Shown one piece after another: positions 13,260 through 23,925 of a stretch of 64,000 nucleotides of DNA (positions are counted from its first letter, which is position 1; the number at the start of each line of letters is the position of its first letter). The stretch is from Tubulanus polymorphus (taxonomy: Eukaryota; Animalia; Nemertea). Where the stretch lies: NCBI RefSeq assembly GCF_964204645.1, contig NC_134032.1, positions 3,868,175 through 3,932,174 on the forward strand, given 5' to 3'. The notes below the pieces were generated by a model. It was not told the origin of the DNA and ran no database searches. It was given only the letters and a program-made list of their open reading frames with translations. The position numbers and the translations under genes were made by a program.

Positions 13260-15941
13260 CCCTGGGACGCCCACCGTCCCATATATGGAACACCCCCTTC
13301 AACCCCCCTTTAAAAAAAATTGTGTGAAGATTTGATCGAATTATAATATTTTGCTACCACTTCTGCCCGGTGTCCCACCCGCGGCACACGAACAGAAGCT
13401 GGTTGCGACATCTTCCGTCTGTGCAGTGCATTCAACATGGCCGCGCCCATGAAATTGGGATGACGCAAATTCGAATCAAAATTATCGTGAAAATTTCGCA
13501 TGGAATCAGGTAATTAGACCACTTTTGTAATGTTATTTTACTAAAACAAATAATAAAGAATAATTAGAGTCATTGTTATCGGGTGTAGCTGATAAAGTGA
13601 AGTGTGTAAAGCCGATGTTTTAGTGGTGTCCCACCCGTGGAACACCGGGCAGAAATGTTTGGTGTCAGCATGATTGATAAGATTTTTTGTATGGAACTTT
13701 TTGGGTTTGTATGGACTGCAGCACTATGATTTAGCCTTTTTATGCCCTCATGGCTAATGTTTTGATTCTTTTCTGTATTTTTAGTGATTTGGTGAATACT
13801 TGAGTCTCATCATGAAAAACCATGTCTAGACAAAATAAAAAAGCATTCAGTTTGGTTCAAGTTCTGGATGTAATTGATGACGACGATAGTGATTTTGGCA
13901 ATGACCCTGAATCTGATGATGATGATGGCTGGGGCAGCGATGATGATTATGACGGAAATGCAGGGGAATCTGATATTGATAGCGACGATGGTGATGAGGA
14001 TGCCGATGGCGAAAGCGATGACGATGTTCCGCTTGCTCAATTAGCTGGTGTGAGTCAGGTAGTGAGCCGTACAAAAACTGATTGTAAGTGGGTAAAAAAA
14101 AAATTCACACCTCCAGTTATAAACTTTACTGGCCCAGCCGTTGAACCTATATGCCGTGGGGTTGAACTTGAGACGCCGTTGTGGTATTTTAACGAGGGAC
14201 ATGTTAGATTTGACTGTGGAAAATACAAATTTATATAGTGCACAAGTATTAGGCCCAGATAAATCGGTAAATACAAACTACAAAGAGATTGAACTATTCC
14301 TAGGAATTTATTTGAGAATGGGTCTAATACAGTTGAGATCTGTTCGCATGTATTGGGAAGTGAATCTTCGCATCCCGTTTATCGCAGATGTGATGCCGCG
14401 AAATAGGTTCGAGACCTTGCAGCGGTATTTACACTTTGTCAATAATGAAGCTGTAACGGATGATATGAAGAAAAATAAAGTGTGGAAGTTGCAGCCATTT
14501 ATTGATAAATTTCGACAACAATGTCTTCTCGTGACTCCAGAACAGTACCAGTGCGTTGACGAGCAAATGATCAGCTATAAAGGGAAGTTTAGTGGAATTC
14601 GTCAATATATCCGAGGAAAACCTCATCCGTGGGGGTTCAAAATGTGGGCCAGGTGCGGTAGCGATGGCTTTTTACATGATTTCGAGATGTATCAAGGAAA
14701 AAATAGTGCCGAACAACGGGTTGATTCTCTTGGAACTCATATTGTCTTCAAACTATGCCAATCCCTTGCCGATAACTGGTTGCCGATAACTGCCGATAAC
14801 TGATAACTGGTTATATAGTTTTTGCTGATAACCTGTTCACCTCATTACAACTTTTGTTGAAGTTGGTACAACGCGGAATTTATTATGTTGGTACAGTTAG
14901 GGCAAATCGTGTTAGTGGTTGTCCACTCAAAACCGATAATCAGCTGAAAACCAGAGGTGAATATGATTATTATGTAGAGAACAAAGAAAATGTAGTATGC
15001 TGTCGCTGGAAGGACACAAAGGCGGTAACTTTGATGTCAACGTATGTAGGACCTGAACCGTTAGACAAATGTAAACGATGGGATAAGACTGCCGAAGCCT
15101 ATAAGGAGATCAGTCGGCCATTCATGGTAAAAGAGTATAATAACCACATGGGTGGTGTAGATATGCTAGACGCATATTTGGCTAAATGTAAATTTCGTAT
15201 GAGAACGAAACGATGGTATACCATATTGTTTTGGAATTATGTTAGTATAGCTTGTATCAATGCATGGCTACTTTATAAGCGCGATGCAAATCTCCTTGGT
15301 ACGCCCAGTAAAATAAAACTCCGCGTATTTCAAACTCAGGTAGCAAAAGCATTAGTTACATGTGGCATGGCAAAGAGAAGGGGACGGCCATCGGATGCAG
15401 CAGGTTCACCATCACAATATGTTCCTCCAAAAATGATACGCGTTTTGCAAGACGTTGACAGCCGATATGATCAGGTTGCTCATTGGCCTGTGAAGGCAGA
15501 TAAAAGGGCCCGTTGCGTAGTTTGTAGTTCTAAAACGGACACCAGATGTGAGAAATGTGAAGTTCTCCTTTGTTTTACTGAAAACCGTAACTGTTATAGA
15601 GCATATCATATAAAATAACTGTAAATTGAGCGATGTCCGAGGTTAGCCGAGGAGTTCATTTATAGCCATTTGTAGTTATTATACAATAGTGGAATAAGAA
15701 TAAAAGTTGATTGATATTATAGCATACATTAGTGGCCTAATTAGTGTTCTTTGTTGAATCAAGTTAAGTATTAGTACAAGTCATAAATGCCCGGTGTTCC
15801 ATATATGGGACAGCTCAGAAAAGTAGGTCATCACCCTTGGTTACCAAAATTTTTGATAGGGATAAACTATTTGCACCATATTTAGGCTAGTCCCAAAGGT
15901 ATATAATTTTCAGCAAATTTTTTGGTACTTTGGGCATCCCG
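13260..15941 (+). mobile_element. piggyBac transposon
   Basis: Left end CCCTGGGACGCCCA, right end TGGGCATCCC-G; perfect 19-bp subterminal IR at 13276-13294 and 15793-15811; GC content higher than the flanks. Confidence 0.9.
13822..15618 (+). pseudogene. piggyBac transposase, frameshifted
   Basis: Acidic N-terminus; catalytic motifs VDEQM, FADNLFTS, MGGVDMLD; C-terminal Cys-rich domain. Shifts near 14190 and at a GCCGATAACT micro-duplication (14768-14810). Confidence 0.92.
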
Positions 15942-17024
15942 ATGAATACATTAAGTATTTTGGAGATTACTTTAATCAATTCAAATATTGAATAAGTAAA
16001 ATAAAAGTTAATGTTAAAACTAAAATTGAAAATAATATTGAAACTAAAATAGAAGATAAGAATGATATTGAATATAAAATAGAAGATAATATTGAAACTA
16101 AAATAGAAGATGTAACAGCATCTACATCTTATAATATACCCTCTACATATGATATTGAATCAAAAAAAGATTATTATAATCCAAAATATTGTGATGTATG
16201 TAAGAAATATATATCATATAAAAATTGGGCATCAAGAAATCAAAGAAACATATAGAAAAAGAAAAGAATAATAATGATAATAATATATCAGTTAGTAATA
16301 TAAAAGATAATGTTAACCCAATTGAAACTAATGATACCATAGATAATATAACAGATAATGTAATAAATAATGTTAACCCAATCGAAACTAATGATAATGA
16401 TATAACAGATAATGAAATAATTGATGATGCTAAAAAACATTGTAACATTTGTGATTTAGATATTTCTAAAAGTAATTTTTCTAAACATAAAAAATCTAAG
16501 GGGCACATAGAAAATGAAAAAGAATTAATATGTGATTATCGTAATAAAGAAATTGAACCTGTTGATAAAATTACTCATTATAAATCAAAATTACATCTAA
16601 TTAATGTTTATAAAAAAGTGGGTATGTTACCATTGTTAGATGAACCAAATATACCAAATATTTTAATCCTGAAAATAAACAATATTATATATTCTTTAAG
16701 TTGTTATTTGATAAATTATTAGATTATGCAGAAGATAATCCTGACCAAATATATAAATTAGCGTATAATGGATACCTAGATTTATTTAATTGAATAAATG
16801 ATTTTAAATTTGATTTTGATGGTGATAATTCTAATGATTACTTTGAAAAATTAAGAATAAAAGCTCGATTAAGTGATGATGAACGTAGAATGAAGGATGA
16901 AATAGAATTAATAAATATGCCAAAGACTTCTGATGAATTTGATATAAACAAAGATGATTTTATAAATGTATTAGAAACAAAATTAGAATAATTATTATAA
17001 AACTATTTATATATCTATAAAAAT

Positions 17025-17303
17025 ATTTATATATCTATGCACTAGACGTATGAGTAAGAAAGTAAGAACTCAAGAATCCTCGCCAAGAAACATAAATTAT
17101 AAACATAAATTATAAACATAAATTATAAACATAAATTATAAACATAGTTTTAATATATGATTTATTCATTATTATATATTTCATTTAATAATTCATATTT
17201 CTATGGACTAGACGTACGTAAGAATCCAAGATTCTTGCCAAGAAAGTAAAAAGGTAAGAATCTTACTTTCTTACTCGTACGTCTAGTACATAGATATATA
17301 AAT
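17025..17303. repeat. 43-bp inverted repeat enclosing a 13-bp tandem array
   Basis: 17025-17067 vs 17261-17303 (2 mismatches); AAACATAAATTAT x4.5 at 17088-17146. Confidence 0.85.
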
Positions 17304-17333
17304 TAGTTTCTATAATATTCCAAATTATAAATT

Positions 17334-17945
17334 TTATTTTATAAATTTATATTCATAGGGAAATTGTAATCTCAGTAATAATTTTGAACCTTTATTATTC
17401 TTTAATTTATTCATATGTTCATCATGTAACTCAGTAGGTATCATTTGATTTTCTTCCAATGATTGTTGCATAGATTTTCTATCTTTGTTATAAAATAAAA
17501 CTAGAAATCTAATGTTTTCTCTAAAGTCTTTAACAATTGAATTATATTTTTGATTTAAAACCCAAGTTGTTATCCCAAAATGTCTCCCGGAGAAAGCTAG
17601 ATAACATAACTCACTTTCTCTCACTTTTGAATCATGTAAATTTGCGCAATCATCTATAATGAATAATGTATTTGATCCTTTATAAGTATCAATTGCTATT
17701 TTTATACAATTATCTAAATTTCCTTTTACTGTTTTAGGATTTAATATAATAAACTTTTTCATCTTAACTATATCTCTATTATATGTTTTATTCACTTCAT
17801 AAGTAGGACAAAATAATATTATATAATCAAAATGATTCTTATAAATAGTTTCTAACAAATCTAATATGAAATGTGTTTTACCACAGTTTGTTACTCCAGT
17901 AACTAACATATTATGCGGTTCAAATATAAATAAATCTTTATTCAT
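17334..17945 (-). CDS. A32/FtsK-like genome packaging ATPase
   Basis: Walker A GVTNCGKT, Walker B FIIDD, and the GRHFGITTWVLNQKY motif. Confidence 0.92.
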   Translation of the reverse strand: MNKDLFIFEPHNMLVTGVTNCGKTHFILDLLETIYKNHFDYIILFCPTYEVNKTYNRDIVKMKKFIILNPKTVKGNLDNCIKIAIDTYKGSNTLFIIDDCANLHDSKVRESELCYLAFSGRHFGITTWVLNQKYNSIVKDFRENIRFLVLFYNKDRKSMQQSLEENQMIPTELHDEHMNKLKNNKGSKLLLRLQFPYEYKFIK

Positions 17946-18960
17946 TTATTCTTTTAATTTTACTAGATAAAATCCATTCATTAAATTTATCATCATATCC
18001 TGATAATTCTTGTTCATAGAAATAACCTAATATTTCTTCATCTTTTAGATCTTCTATTTTATAAACAAAAGGTTTAGTTAATATTATCTTTTTAATCTTA
18101 AATATTTCTTCTGTAAAATTAGGGGTATAAACTTTATAAAAGGTTTTTCGATATTTAGATATTCTTACGTGTTGTCCTATTTTAAATTTAGGTTCTCCAA
18201 AATCATGTGTAACAAACGCTCCATATAAATTATTCCATACTATTTCTGAATTTTCTTCTTTTCTAGCTTGTATAGGTTTCATATTTATAGAACTATGTTT
18301 AGAATTATTATAACCTTTCACTAAATCATCTAATACATCGATATATTTATATGTTTCATTAGCAGTAAAATATTTCCACATTCTAGTTTTCAATGTTTTA
18401 TTAAATCTTTCTATAATAGATGCTTTTTTATCTGAGTGTGTTGAAAAATAGTCTACATCGTTATCAGATAATAGTTTTTTAAAATGTTTGTTATAAAATT
18501 CCTTACCTTCATCAAATTGTATCTTATCTGGAATAGCTTCTTTAAATATAGATTTAAAAGCATTTGTAACTTCTATTCCAGTTTTATTTTTGATTTTAAT
18601 TGACCATGCGTATCTACTGAATATGTCTATAACATTCAATATCCAGAAATATCCTTTGTTGTGTTCTTCTAAGTTCTTCATGTCAATTAAATCTGCTTGC
18701 CATTGTTGATCGATATATGAAACCATAACTTTTCTTGTTAAATAAGTTTTATCCATTTTCTTGTGGATTTGATATGTTGGTTGATTTTGTAACCATGATT
18801 TCAATTCACTATATTTTATACCACCATGTGGGTGCCATACGGCACCATTACCATTTTCATTATCAGATTTAATTTTATTCCATAATTCTGAAACGTTAGA
18901 ATATGATACTTCACTTTCTGGGTTATAATATAAATCTCTTAAATATTGTTCTTTTTTCAT
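17938..18960 (-). CDS. Retroviral-type (RVE) integrase of Polinton, chromodomain mostly deleted
   Basis: WQADLIDM, IDIFSRYAW, QFDEGKEF, IERFNKTLK (DDE); C-terminal KFKIGQHVRIS...FYEQEL. Confidence 0.95.
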   Translation of the reverse strand: MKKEQYLRDLYYNPESEVSYSNVSELWNKIKSDNENGNGAVWHPHGGIKYSELKSWLQNQPTYQIHKKMDKTYLTRKVMVSYIDQQWQADLIDMKNLEEHNKGYFWILNVIDIFSRYAWSIKIKNKTGIEVTNAFKSIFKEAIPDKIQFDEGKEFYNKHFKKLLSDNDVDYFSTHSDKKASIIERFNKTLKTRMWKYFTANETYKYIDVLDDLVKGYNNSKHSSINMKPIQARKEENSEIVWNNLYGAFVTHDFGEPKFKIGQHVRISKYRKTFYKVYTPNFTEEIFKIKKIILTKPFVYKIEDLKDEEILGYFYEQELSGYDDKFNEWILSSKIKRINE

Positions 18961-18966
18961 TCTATT

Positions 18967-19335
18967 TTAATCCATTAATAATAATTTAGATTTAGTTTCA
19001 ATGACTTTATGATTTGACTTATTTTCTGGTATAATAGGTTTATTGTCATTGGAATCATCTTTATCATCAGATTTGAATTTTGATTTATATATTACACCGG
19101 ATAATACAATAACTGTTACTAATCCAATTGTAATATATAAGTAATTATTACTTCCAGCATTAGAAGAATCAGATGGATTATTATTTGAATCAATATCAGA
19201 TAATTTCTGTGATTCATTTATATCAGTTAATTTCTTTTTCTTAGCTTTTTTTAATTCTGAAGATCTTTTACCTAATTCTCTTGCCCATTTAATTTGTTTC
19301 TCGGATCTAACATTTTTCTTAACGCCATCACTCAT
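18967..19335 (-). CDS. Basic single-TM viral protein
   Basis: Lys-rich N-terminus, TM YLYITIGLVTVIVLSGVIY; TAAATG start. Confidence 0.6.
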   Translation of the reverse strand: MSDGVKKNVRSEKQIKWARELGKRSSELKKAKKKKLTDINESQKLSDIDSNNNPSDSSNAGSNNYLYITIGLVTVIVLSGVIYKSKFKSDDKDDSNDNKPIIPENKSNHKVIETKSKLLLMD

Positions 19336-19936
19336 TTATTTTAGTTAATTTTTGTTCTGATTCATTTTCTGTTTCGACGTTTGGTTGTAGTACAGCGACT
19401 TCTGTTTCGTTCTTACCTGATTTATATTCCATAGGTTTGATGTTCGAAAATGTTATGACGCCAGTAGAAATTAATGTCATAACAGATCCTAATTGAAATG
19501 AAGCATAACCAACCCATTTTTGTAATTCAGTCATAACTAAGTAGTCATTTTTCAAATCACTATATAATTTATTTTCATCATAAATTGGTATTAACTGGTT
19601 ACATAACTTAGAATAACATTTGACAATACCATCTGAAATAGAATCATTTATTCGGGTTAATCTTGCTTCTTCATAAATCTTAAAATATTTTATTACTTTA
19701 TCTGGTTTCATAGCATCTAATTCTTGAAAAGTTATTATTTTTCCCAAGAAATCCTTAGATTTCCCGCCAGCAATTAATAATTCAAGATGATGCTTACAAT
19801 ATAAATAGTATTCATAATCTATATTAGAATTAACTTGAATAGAATTAGAAACAACTGGATCCTTATTATCACTTATACCTAAATCATCTAATGTTTTTTC
19901 AATATCAATACTATTCTTATTAGATTTCTTTGACAT
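19328..19936 (-). CDS. Viral hypothetical protein with a hydrophobic C-terminal segment
   Basis: Intact 202-aa ORF, TAAATG start, overlaps the next gene. Confidence 0.6.
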   Translation of the reverse strand: MSKKSNKNSIDIEKTLDDLGISDNKDPVVSNSIQVNSNIDYEYYLYCKHHLELLIAGGKSKDFLGKIITFQELDAMKPDKVIKYFKIYEEARLTRINDSISDGIVKCYSKLCNQLIPIYDENKLYSDLKNDYLVMTELQKWVGYASFQLGSVMTLISTGVITFSNIKPMEYKSGKNETEVAVLQPNVETENESEQKLTKINE

Positions 19937-20348
19937 TTATATTAGAGAAAAAAAGCAAAAAAAATATCATAAGTATTCTTCAAATGATACTAGTATCTCT
20001 TTAGGTTAATACTAAATTGACTAGGTTAGTTAAAGTTAAAGAATTTCTATTCAAATCTATTCAAAATCTATTCAATCTAATGTCAATTAGAATTACCAAA
20101 AGAAAATATTAGAAATATAATAGAATTCACTAGCTAGTTGAAGTTATTGTTTTTTTATTATATTTTATTTAAATTAGGATTTAGATTATCTCACTACTAT
20201 TGTTTATCTATAGGAGCAGTAACTAAAACTGTCCAGATAAGTCATTTCGGATTCTCGATAATAAATCCTAAAACTGAAAATAAATTCAAAGAAACGACTG
20301 GTGGAAATATTATTTCATAAACATATATATTTATTATGTAAATTTTAG

Positions 20349-20689
20349 CGATCGATAATAGAACAATGGAGAACAATAGAAATGCGGTCCAATCGGACCG
20401 GTTATTGCGCAATACACAGTTATATTTTTATTCTGTAAACTACAACATTCAAACATAGAACTGTAACCAATCAATATTGAGCAGCTGTTTCAGTCAACAA
20501 CGATCAATAATAGAACAATGGAGAACAATAGAAATGCGGTCCAATCGGACCGGTTATTGCGTAATACACAGTTAACAGTAAACAATCAATACAGAACAAC
20601 CGCCGCCATTAACAACGATCAATAATAGAACAATGGAGAACAATAGAAAAGCGGTCCAATCGGACGGGTTATTGCGCAATACTTACTTA
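20349..20689. repeat. Three roughly 74-bp direct repeats with an internal palindrome
   Basis: Copies start at 20349, 20501 and 20616; core CGGTCC-AATC-GGACCG. Confidence 0.9.
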
Positions 20690-20777
20690 ACAGTAAACAA
20701 TACAATATTAAAACAGATATATACAATCGAGATTACATTTTTGATATCTATATTATAAAGACCTTCAGTGTTATAAT

Positions 20778-21507
20778 CTATAATTTTGTCCAGAATTCTT
20801 TAATTACTGGATTGTTTCCAATCATTTCTTCAATTTCTGGTAAATATCTGACTACTTCACTAAATGCTAATCCTAATATTTTGAATTTTTCATATTTTAT
20901 TAATCTACCTACTCTTCTCAGTTTTCTTTCAAAACCGGCACTGATATCTATGTTCTTTTTAACCCACAGCCCCCAAGAAATCCCCTCAGTTTCTTTATCA
21001 AACATTGAAAACCCTATATTTAGATAACCCCCGAAAATGATGTGGTCCCATAGGTGATTTGCTTTTCTATTTAATATGGTTTTATAACTTTTTTTTAAGA
21101 TATCAGTAATTTCAGCAAATGAAACAACTTCTACACTTTGTATTTCCAGAAAGTTTAAATGTTCTGTGTCAATGATTAATTTAGATTTTAAAAACTCGTT
21201 CAACTCTTCTCCACTCATTTTCTTAGTTTTCGATTCTTTGAGTCCCAACAGCAATTTAAGTCGCGTTGCTGGTAATTTTGGTAATTGTAGTTCGCGCGGT
21301 AATTGTTTATTATGTATTACATCACTCAGAATTTTCACCATTTCTTGATGATAGTCCAAATGTTCTTGTAATTTTTGTGAAGTTTGTTCGTCAATTACGA
21401 GAGTTTTATCCTCCATTTCTATTGATTCCTGAGGTTTCACTATCTATCGTTTCTGGTTCCTCATCCGTTGGTTGGCTTGGAATTTCCGGTTGATCTCTGT
21501 ATTCCAT
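20778..21507 (-). CDS. Viral hypothetical helical protein (DUF3102-like C-terminus), probable 5' frameshift
   Basis: 220-aa ORF from 21440; an upstream ATG near 21507 is in another frame. Pattern IFGGYL...SWGLWVKKNIDIS...ERKLRRVG. Confidence 0.5.
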
Positions 21508-21847
21508 TTTAATCTAAAAGATGTTGTGAAAATGAATTACTGTACTTAAATATGTTTAAAGGTTTCCCTACTTCATAATATATGTACTTACATTTAGATT
21601 TAGAACTGTAAACTGTGTTTTGAGAGAATTTATATCCAATACGTACTATGTATGTGAAAGTTGATTTCTAACTGCCGACGTGGCGCACGTTCGACAAAAC
21701 TAATTACTTCTGCACAGATGTTCTTTATGATGAAGTTAATTAATTCTTTAGAATTGAAAACCAGATATATTTGGCAACATATGTTTTAGTAGTAAGCAAA
21801 AGCTATGTATTATATACATACAAAGCTCAAATAGAATTGCCAGCTTT

Positions 21848-22516
21848 CTAACCATTGATCAAAACCTCAGAATGCGGTTGATTCTGTGAAATACTATTCC
21901 ATAATTCAACAAATGTCTTTGCTCTATCCAGTTGATCTAAATATAACTGTAAATCTAGTTTATTAGATTTAATTATGTTTTCCTTCTTTTCTAAAGGTCT
22001 TAGATTCTTCCAATTCCATATTAGCTTCTTATTATAATCATCATTCATGTCAAATTTAGAAATCGGCAACACATGATCAATATGAAAGTATTCACCATAA
22101 TTATCTATATTCATTTTATCATCGAATTGATATATTATCCATGATATTAAAAATTCATCTGAACAACCCAATAGATTAGATAGTGTTTCTGAATGTGTTT
22201 CTTTGTTGAATAATTGTGTTAATCTAGATCTTAAGCATTGTTTTAATCTAAAATTAAGATCTGTTTGATATCTTCCTCTCATATATTCTGTCATATAATC
22301 ATTGTAAGCTTCTCTGTTATCTTCTCTGTATTGTTTGGTATATAGTTTAGTACAAGTTTTACAGCAATATTGAAAACCATCTTTGCTAATCTTACGCTTA
22401 TTGAATTCTGTTATAGCTAATTTATCTATTTCACATTTAGAACACTTCTTGTAGTATATGTTTATGACACCAGTGTTATTTGTAATATTGATAGTTTGTG
22501 GTTGTTCTGATTCCAT
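21848..22516 (-). CDS. HNH endonuclease with N-terminal Cys4 zinc ribbon, large-DNA-virus type
   Basis: CSKC...CKTC; LGCS...QF...MNIDNYG.FHIDHVLP...NLRPL...ENIIKSNK. Confidence 0.8.
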   Translation of the reverse strand: MESEQPQTINITNNTGVINIYYKKCSKCEIDKLAITEFNKRKISKDGFQYCCKTCTKLYTKQYREDNREAYNDYMTEYMRGRYQTDLNFRLKQCLRSRLTQLFNKETHSETLSNLLGCSDEFLISWIIYQFDDKMNIDNYGEYFHIDHVLPISKFDMNDDYNKKLIWNWKNLRPLEKKENIIKSNKLDLQLYLDQLDRAKTFVELWNSISQNQPHSEVLING

Positions 22517-22539
22517 TTATTATACATATTTTTTTACTA

Positions 22540-22845
22540 AATTGATTTTAGAAGTTCAATGATTTAAATATGTTTTATTTCAATCACACTTTACTAACAC
22601 TTTTAATGTTTAAAAATCTAACTCATACAAATATGAATATTGAAATGATGTTGTAAATATATACTTTTATATTGAATAATCTGTCAATTTAAATGTTATT
22701 CATGTACATGATTATTTTAAGAGTAATAGGGGTAATGGGCTTTCAAGTTAAAGGTTGAATGGTCGAGTTTATTAAAAACAAATATTAAAAGTAATTTAAA
22801 ACTATAATATATTTTCATAACTGTGTGCATTTCAGTTGAATAATA
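22540..22845 (-). repeat. Right terminal inverted repeat of the Polinton-like element
   Basis: Reverse complement of the left TIR; clear to about 22770, patchy beyond. Confidence 0.85.
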
Positions 22846-23925
22846 GAATAATTATTATTACCCTTCTTCTTCATCTGTACACTTCATCATCCACGGGATA
22901 TTTACTGCTCTAAATATTATAAGCACTGTCGAGCTGTAGTTTTAAAGATCGATGAATCAACGTGTGTCTTTACATCGTCGTTCCGCGGATCCGCTCGAAT
23001 TCCCCTCGCCATGAAAATCAAATCAAGTACAAATGAATGTATTACTCCCGGTGATTTGACCGCGAGCTTCAAGCAAATAAATTAACAATATTCTATTTTC
23101 CTTTACAAAATTTACGGATATTTAGTACTATATATCATTTAAGTACCATTTAAGTACCGGCGAGTCGTAGGGCTAAACTAAACACGCCGACAAGATGCAG
23201 CGGAAAAAAAGTCTGAAGTGTTTACGAGGTACCAAAATAAATGAATTTATTACTACCAGTGATTCGGCCACGGGTTTCAACCATGTATCGTTTTCAGTAT
23301 ACACCGATCTTTACCAAATATATGATAAAATATTTGATAAATAACTGTATATAACACATGCTTATCCCTAAGCTGAAATGACGCTTGATATTCGGATTCA
23401 GTATTTCCGATACCGCGGGTGATCGGAGACTGTTTGGCCGCTTGAAGTGTTTATTGAGTTGTGCTACTTTTAAGCAACGTGCTTTACTGTTTCAAACAAT
23501 CACAATATAATTGTTGTGTTTATTTACGGACACATGGATTGAAATTCAAACAAAATTTGCAATAGAAAATCCGACAACATTGCTATGACACGTAGCACAA
23601 AAGATTTGCTTCTTTGTCCGAACATAAAATATAACACGAATCACTGCGAATAGTTAGGTTATCGGTCCTAGCGTACTGACGCTTTAAAATGAGTTTATTA
23701 TGACGACTGAAACCTTTGTTTGAGATTGACAGAGCGATCAGAGTGAGTAATATTAGAAGTGCCGTTTTATCCATAATTATATACGGTGAGTTTGATGTCG
23801 AGCATCTCAACTGTAATTTCATATCGGTTGTTGAGAAATGATAACAGTTGATTGACGGGTGCATCGTGTGCGTTTCTGCGCAGTTCACCGAGTAGCATTC
23901 GGATTCTAAACGGCTGGTATCATCA

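Larger units (their letters stand above)
13188..16991 (+). pseudogene. Viral C2H2-type zinc-finger protein interrupted by piggyBac
   Basis: ATG 13188 (MEGGIYEIQ...). After the insertion: YCDVCKK...KSKKH, HCNICDLDISKSNFSKHKKSKGH, ICDY...HYKSKLH; several frameshifts and stops. Confidence 0.55.
1132..22850. mobile_element. Endogenous Polinton/Maverick (adintovirus-like) virus, degenerate
   Basis: pPolB, penton, MCP, A32 ATPase and RVE integrase lie between inverted repeats (1270-1530 matches the reverse complement of 22540-22770). Exact ends and TSD are not resolved. Confidence 0.93.

Noticed and set aside
20349-20689. Possible CRISPR array
   Set aside because: Repeats are 74 bp, spacers are unequal and partly similar, there are no cas genes, and the context is eukaryotic.
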